Assembly (NCBI GenBank): GCA_030141605.1
Contig: JAQGDQ010001454.1
Span: 1-40,373, forward strand
Origin: Tubiluchus corallicola
Lineage: Eukaryota; Animalia; Priapulida
Direction of reading: 5' to 3'
DNA: 40,373 nt
Below, piece by piece: positions 33,782 through 40,373 of the stretch. The first letter of the stretch is position 1; the number at the start of each line of letters is the position of its first letter. The translations under genes and the position numbers were made by a program. The notes under the pieces are model-generated. The model was not told the DNA's origin. It worked only from the letters and a program-made list of their open reading frames with translations, and did no database searches.

Positions 33782-36113
33782 TAATTCTAAATCCCTCTCG
33801 AAAGAATCATGTATGCAGTAGGCCCAGTCTGCAACAATAAGACTTCTGTATTACAGTGTACGTGCTGTTAATAGAACTTATTTATTTTTCTACGCTGCAC
33901 ACTATTTCTTCCCTAATTCTAAATCCCTCTCGAAAGAACCATGTATGAAGTAGGCCCAGAGTGCAACAATAAGACTTCTGTATTACAGCGTACGTGCTGT
34001 TAATAGAACTTATTTATTTTTCTACCCTGCACACTATTTCTTCCCTAATTCTAAATCCCTCTCGAAAGAATCATGTATGAAGTAGGCCCAGTCTGCAACA
34101 ATAAGACTTCTGTATTACAGCGTACGTGCTGTTAATAGAACTTATTTATTTTTCTACTCTAATTCTAAATCCCTCGAAAGAATCATGTATGAAGTAGCCA
34201 GTCTGCAACAATAAGACTTGTATTACAGGTACGCTGTTAATAGAACTTATTATTTTCACCTGCACGCTATTTCTTCCCTAATTCTAAATCCCTCTCGAAA
34301 GAATCATGTATGAAGTAGGCCCAGAGTGCAACAATAAGACTTCTGTATTACAGCGTACGTGCTGTTAATAGAACATTTATTTTTCTACCCTGCACGCTAT
34401 TTCTTCCCTAATTCTAAATCCCTCTCGAAAGAATCATGTATGAAGTAGGCCCAGTCTGCAACAATAAGACTTCTGTATTACAGCGTACGTGCTGTTAATA
34501 GAACTTATTTATTTTTCTACCCTGCACGCTATTTCTTCCCTAATTCTAAATCCCTCTCGAAAGAATCATGTATGAAGTAGGCACAGAGTGCAACAATAAG
34601 ACTTCTGTATTACAGCGTACGTGCTGTTAATAGAACTTATTTATTTTTCTACCCTGCACGCTATTTCTTCCCTAATTCTAAATCCCTCTCGAAAGAATCA
34701 TGTATGAAGTAGGCCCAGAGTGCAACAATAAGACTTCTGTATTACAGCGTACGTGCTGTTAATAGAACTTATTTATTTTTCTACCCTGCACACTATTTCT
34801 TCCCTAATTCTAAATCCCTCTCGAAAGAATCATGTATGAAGTAGGCCCAGTCTGCAACAATAAGACTTCTGTATTACAGTGTACGTGCTGTTAATAGAAC
34901 TTATTTATTTTTCTACCCTGCACGCTATTTCTTCCCTAATTCTAAATCCCTCTCGAAAGAATCATGTATGAAGTAGGCCCAGTCTGCAACAATAAGACTT
35001 CTGTATTACAGTGTACGTGCTGTTAATAGAACTTATTTATTTTTCTACCCTGCACGCTATTTCTTCCCTAATTCTAAATCCCTCTCGAAAGAATCATGTA
35101 TGAAGTAGGCCCAGTCTGCAACAATAAGACTTCTGTATTACAGCGTACATGCTGTTAATAGAACTTATTTATTTTTCTACCCTGCACACTATTTCTTCCC
35201 TAATTCTAAATCCCTCTCGAAAGAATCATGTATGAAGTAGGCCCAGTCTGCAACAATAAGACTTCTGTATTACAGCGTACGTGCTGTTAATAGAACTTAT
35301 TTATTTTTCTACTCTGCACGCTATTTCTTCCCTAATTCTAAATCCCTCTCGAAAGAATCATGTATGAAGTAGGCCCTGTGTGCAACAATAAGACTTCTGT
35401 ATTACAGCGTACGTGCTGTTAATAGAACTTATTTATTTTTCTACCCTGCACGCTATTTCTTCCCTAATTCTAAATCCCTCTCGAAAGAATCATGTATGAA
35501 GTAGGCCCAGTCTGCAACAATAAGACTTCTGTATTACAGCGTACGTGCTGTTAATAGAACTTATTTATTTTTCTACCCTGCACACTATTTTTTCCCTAAT
35601 TCTAAATCCCTCTCGAAAGAATCATGTATGAAGTAGGCCCAGTCTGCAACAATAAGACTTCTGTATTACAGCGTACGTGCTGTTAATAGAACTTATTTAT
35701 TTTTCTACTCTGCACGCTATTTCTTCCCTAATTCTAAATCCCTCTAGAAAGAATCATGTATGAAGTAGGCCCAGTGTGCAACAATAAGACTTCTGTATTA
35801 CAGCGTACATGCTGTTAATAGAACTTATTTATTTTTCTACTCTGCACGCTATTTCTTCCCTAATTCTAAATCCCTCTCGAAAGAATCATGTATGAAGTAG
35901 GCCCTGTGTGCAACAATAAGACTTCTGTATTACAGCGTACGTGCTGTTAATAGAACTTATTTATTTTTCTACCCTGCACGCTATTTCTTCCCTAATTCTA
36001 AATCCCTCTCGAAAGAATCATGTATGAAGTAGGCCCAGTCTGCAACAATAAGACTTCTGTATTACAGCGTACGTGCTGTTAATAGAACTTATTTATTTTT
36101 CTACTCTGCACGC
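33782..36113. repeat. 132-bp tandem array, about 18 copies
   Basis: TAATTCTAAATCCCTCTCGAAAG recurs at 33782, 33914, 34046 and onward. Confidence 0.97.
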
Positions 36114-36588
36114 TTATTTTAACGTTGCCTTCGCAACCATCTCACACATGTGAAGCTAATTGACTAACAGCCTCAACAGTTTTGTTAAATTGGCACTGTT
36201 TAGCCACCTCCGAAAACTTGTTTTAGTAAACTAGGCATTAATGGTTCGAAATTGTTTGAAAACAGTAAACGGAAACGGAAGAGGATATCTGTTTTATCCC
36301 GAAATGGCAAAATAAGGTTTAATTCCTACATGATGCATCACTTTAATATGGAATTGTTATCATTATCATTATCTTGTCCATATAAAAATTTGTTTGCACA
36401 AAAATTTTTAGTGTCATTACCTATTTTAAACTGACATTTTTTAGTATTTAAAAAAAGAAAATTTAACAGTGAAATTGTATATGATTGGCCATCTTTGGCA
36501 GCACTGAAGCTGACGTTTCTTTAATACAGTTTAATTAGATAATTTTTTACTGCTGATTGTTAGTTGTTTAACATAACGTTATGCAGTT

Positions 36589-38427
36589 TTACTTCTTACA
36601 CAACTACGTACGATTACTTCTTACACGACTACGTACGATTACTTCTTACACAACTACATACGATTACTTCTTACACAACTACATACGATTACTTCTTACA
36701 TGACTACATACGATTACTTCTTACACGACTACGCACCATTACTTCTTACACGACTACATACGATTACTTCTTACACGACTACATACGATTACTTCTTACA
36801 CGACTACATGCGATTACTTCTTACACGACTACGTACAATTACTTCTTACACGACTACGCACCATTACTTCTTACACGACTACATACGATTACTTCTTACA
36901 CGACTACGTATGATTACTTCTTACACGACTACATACGATTACTTCTTACACAACTACGTACGATTACTTCTTACACGACTACGTACGATTACTTCTTACA
37001 CAACTACATACGATTACTTCTTACACAACTACGTACGATTACTTCTTACACGACTACGTACGATTACTTCTTACACGACTACGTACGATTACTTCTTACA
37101 CGACTACGTACCATTACTTCTTACACAACTACATACGATTACTTCTTACATGACTACGTACGATTACTTCTTACAAGATTACATACGATTACTTCTTACA
37201 CGACTACATACGATTACTTCTTACACGACTACATACGATTACTTCTTACACGACTACATACGATTACTTCTTACACGACTACGCACCATTACTTCTTACA
37301 CGACTACATACGATTACTTCTTACACGACTACGCACCATTACTTCTTACACGACTACATACGATTACTTCTTACACGACTACGTACGATTACTTCTTACA
37401 CGACTACGCACCATTACTTCTTACACGACTACATACGATTACTTCTTACACGACTACGTACGATTACTTCTTACACGACTACGCACCATTACTTCTTACA
37501 CGACTACATACGATTACTTCTTACACGACTACGCACCATTACTTCTTACACGACTACGTACGATTACTTCTTACACGACTACATACGATTACTTCTTACA
37601 CGACTACGTATGATTACTTCTTACACGACTACATACGATTACTTCTTACACAACTAACAACTACATACGAATACTTCTTACACGACTACGTACGATTACT
37701 TCTTACACGACTGCATACGATTACTTCTTACACAACTACGTACGATTACTTCTTACACGACTACATACGATTACTTCTTACACGACTACATACGATTACT
37801 TCTTACACGACTACGTACGATTACTTCTTAGACGACTACGCACCATTACTTCTTACACGACTACGTACGATTACTTCTTACACGACTACGTATGATTACT
37901 TCTTACACGACTACATACGATTACTTCTTACACAACTACGTACGATTACTTCTTACACGACTACGTACGATTACTTCTTACACGACTACATACGATTACT
38001 TCTTACACAACTACGTACGATTACTTCTTACACGACTACGTACGATTACTTCTTACATGACTGCACACGATTACTTCTTACACGACTACACACGATTACT
38101 TCTTACACGACTATGTACGATTACTTCTTACACGACTGCATACGATTTACTTCTTACACAACTACATACGATTACTTCTTACACGATTACATACGATTAC
38201 TTCTTACACAACTACGTACGATTACTTCTTACACGACTGCATACGATTACTTCTTACACGACTACTTCTTACACGACTACATACGATTACTTCTTACACG
38301 ACTACGTACGATTACTTCTTACACAACTACATACGATTACTTCTTACACAACTACATACGATTACTTCTTACACAACTACATACGATTACTTCTTACACA
38401 ACTACATACGATTACTTCTTACACAAC
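36589..38427. repeat. 25-bp minisatellite, about 73 copies
   Basis: Unit TTACTTCTTACACGACTAC(A/G)TACGA; explains the ORFs with a 25-aa period. Confidence 0.98.
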
Positions 38428-38472
38428 ATTCAACAACCTTTTGACACAAAACTGTCCCTCTTTCTTACTTAC

Positions 38473-38560
38473 CCGAAAAATGCGCAAGAAATAGCAATAA
38501 ACACTAGCCAGCAAGCGAACCACAACAAACCACCACGCCTGTTGCTCAGTCAAGCTGTCG
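38473..38560 (-). other. TnT: Putative non-coding first exon of troponin T (5' boundary approximate)
   Basis: Exon 2 begins with an acceptor, so an upstream exon is needed. There is a strong donor CGG|gtaagt at 38472 in unique sequence directly downstream of a CArG box. Confidence 0.6.
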
Positions 38561-38573
38561 TCTGCTGTCCTGG

Positions 38574-38650
38574 CCGCTAGATGGCTCAGATGTGCGCACT
38601 GGAGGCGGCCATATATGGTCACTGATGATACACGAGATAGGGCACAGCTG
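38574..38650 (-). promoter_or_regulatory. Putative muscle promoter: CArG box (SRF site), E-boxes and a CTCF-like motif
   Basis: Perfect CC(A/T)6GG = CCATATATGG at 38609-38618; CAGCTG at 38645-38650; CAGATG at 38587-38592; CCGCTAGATGGCTC at 38574-38587. Confidence 0.6.
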
Positions 38651-40373
38651 TCTGTCGTCTGTTAGAGATTCTTTCAAATCCGCTGCGGAACGCGAAGGCG
38701 GTTCTAAGGAGAAATTTAATCGAGGAGAGTTTATTTTATCCTTCCCAGAAAACATTCTCTCTTTTCAATTAGAGTACGGTCGTAGTACAGGCCTGTAGGC
38801 CTACACCATGTTAAAATTTATTCTTCAACGTGTCTAAATCGTTTAATTTATATATTGATACAATCATCTCAAATATATATACTAGCGTTACTCGGCTGAG
38901 AATAAGTCAGTAAATTTTGCAAATGTGCAGCAGAGCTGTCAAGATGTTCTATCATAATAGGATAGTATAGGAAACATTCGAAATATTGCTTACATCTGAG
39001 CAGCTGATGTTTAGTTAATTACGTTCCGGGCGGCATAGACACACTAGGTCAGTTCTAACACTAGGTAGTCGTCTATGACGTCAGATTCTGAAAGTAACTC
39101 GGTAATTTTAAGGGTAATATAGTGTATGTGTAACTGCTTAAGTTAACAGCTGCCAGTTAACTGCGTGAGCACTGCATTTTACTTAAAGCAAAACAGGACC
39201 CAATCTTAAACTGTAACTCAAAACGATCTAGCACATTACCTATGTGGTTGTTGTGAATTACATGTATTTGCACAATGCTTATATCCAAAGCAGGCTGAAC
39301 AACTGCTTGTGGTGTACTACCATTTTTGAAATAATTGTACCTTCGTTCGCTATTATGACACTTATATAAAAACGGCCTCCGAAACTACGTGAATTACGTG
39401 CTTTAGATGAAAGAATGCGCATTTCCTGTAGAGAATTTTTTACGCTGGATCCCTAAACCCTTCTGGCGCACTGTCCACTGTCCCAATTCCCAATTTACCG
39501 CTGTGCTCATGCATGAGCTGCCGAACGTGTGTAGTTCGTCACAAACTAACACATCTGAACTTGGAAGTACAGCACCTGTTTTTTAATGCGTTTCCGAAAT
39601 GCAGGCGGCTAGTGCCCGTCTAACTAGCAAATGGCGAAATGCATGTAACAGCGAAGAACTAGTGGCGCGAACGTGAAATTGTGTTTGTGTGGTAATAATT
39701 CTTTCACGTAAGTCATTTTTGACAAAAATAGTATGTTTCCTTTCAATGTTTTAAATGCTAGATCGTTTTGAGTTACAGTTTAAGATTGGGTCCTGTTTTG
39801 CTTTAAGTAAAATGCAGTGCTCACGCAGTTAACTGGCAGCTGTTAACTTAAGCAGTTACACATACACTATATTACCCTTAAAATTACCGAGTTACTTTCA
39901 GAATCTGACGTCATAGACGACTACCTAGTGTTAGAACTGACCTAGTGTGTCTATGCCGCCCGGAACGTAATTAACTAAACATCAGCTGCTCAGATGTAAG
40001 CAATATTTCGAATGTTTCCTATACTATCCTATTATGATAGAACATCTTGACAGCTCTGCTGCACATTTGCAAAATTTACTGACTTATTCTCAGCCGAGTA
40101 ACGCTAGTATATATATTTGAGATGATTGTATCAATATATAAATTAAACGATTTAGACACGTTGAAGAATAAATTTTAACATGGTGTAGGCCTACAGGCCT
40201 GTACTACGACCGTACTCTAATTGAAAAGAGAGAATGTTTTCTGGGAAGGATAAAATAAACTCTCCTCGATTAAATTTCTCCTTAGAACCGCCTTCGCGTT
40301 CCGCAGCGGATTTGAAAGAATCTCTAACAGACGACAGACAGCTGTGCCCTATCTCGTGTATCATCAGTGACCA
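38616..40373. repeat. Long inverted repeat: arms 38616-39233 and 39756-40373, 522-bp spacer, running off the window end
   Basis: The window end is the reverse complement of 38616 onward. Arm coordinates sum to the same value at both ends (no net indel), and I saw no mismatch in the segments compared by eye. Confidence 0.96.

Noticed and set aside
32207-36113. CRISPR-like appearance (regular palindromic repeats)
   Set aside because: The intervening sequences are identical rather than unique spacers, the context is a eukaryotic intron, and there are no cas genes.
32207-36113. Tandem retrozyme (ribozyme-bearing satellite) or SECIS element
   Set aside because: No CUGANGA/GAAA core with flanking helices on either strand; the hairpin is too short and lacks the SECIS apical adenosines.
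31479-36506. One large hAT element enclosing the 137- and 132-bp arrays (TAGGGTTGCCA ... TGGCAGCACTG)
   Set aside because: The ends match only partly and there is no target-site duplication.
36564-38580. ORFs of 349, 626 and 200 aa
   Set aside because: They are translations of a stop-free 25-bp minisatellite (25-aa period in all frames), with no domain and no gene context.

Overview
This is AT-rich, repeat-dense genomic DNA from a eukaryote, most likely a protostome invertebrate; it is not prokaryotic. It holds two convergent spliced genes. On + are the last two coding exons of a PEX11 peroxisomal membrane protein gene (3241-3407, 5928-6248). On - is a complete troponin T gene (ATG 28729, stop 10609; 12 coding exons per isoform, 359 or 361 aa), which I assembled by hand with consistent GT-AG junctions and phases. 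The troponin T gene has three symmetric N-terminal micro-exons, a tandem pair of mutually exclusive exons (16911-17050 and 16717-16850), and a probable non-coding first exon with a CArG-box promoter near 38.5-38.6 kb. The introns carry many MITEs (hAT, Tc1/mariner-pogo, Kolobok-like), tRNA-derived SINEs and about ten mini/microsatellite arrays. They also carry a 5S rRNA-headed SINE with an RTE-type tail nested inside a MITE, and Penelope-like inverted remnants with minimal hammerhead ribozymes in a U3-A8 core variant. The window ends inside an apparently perfect inverted duplication of at least 618 bp next to the troponin T promoter. Almost all long ORFs in the supplied track are repeat artefacts.
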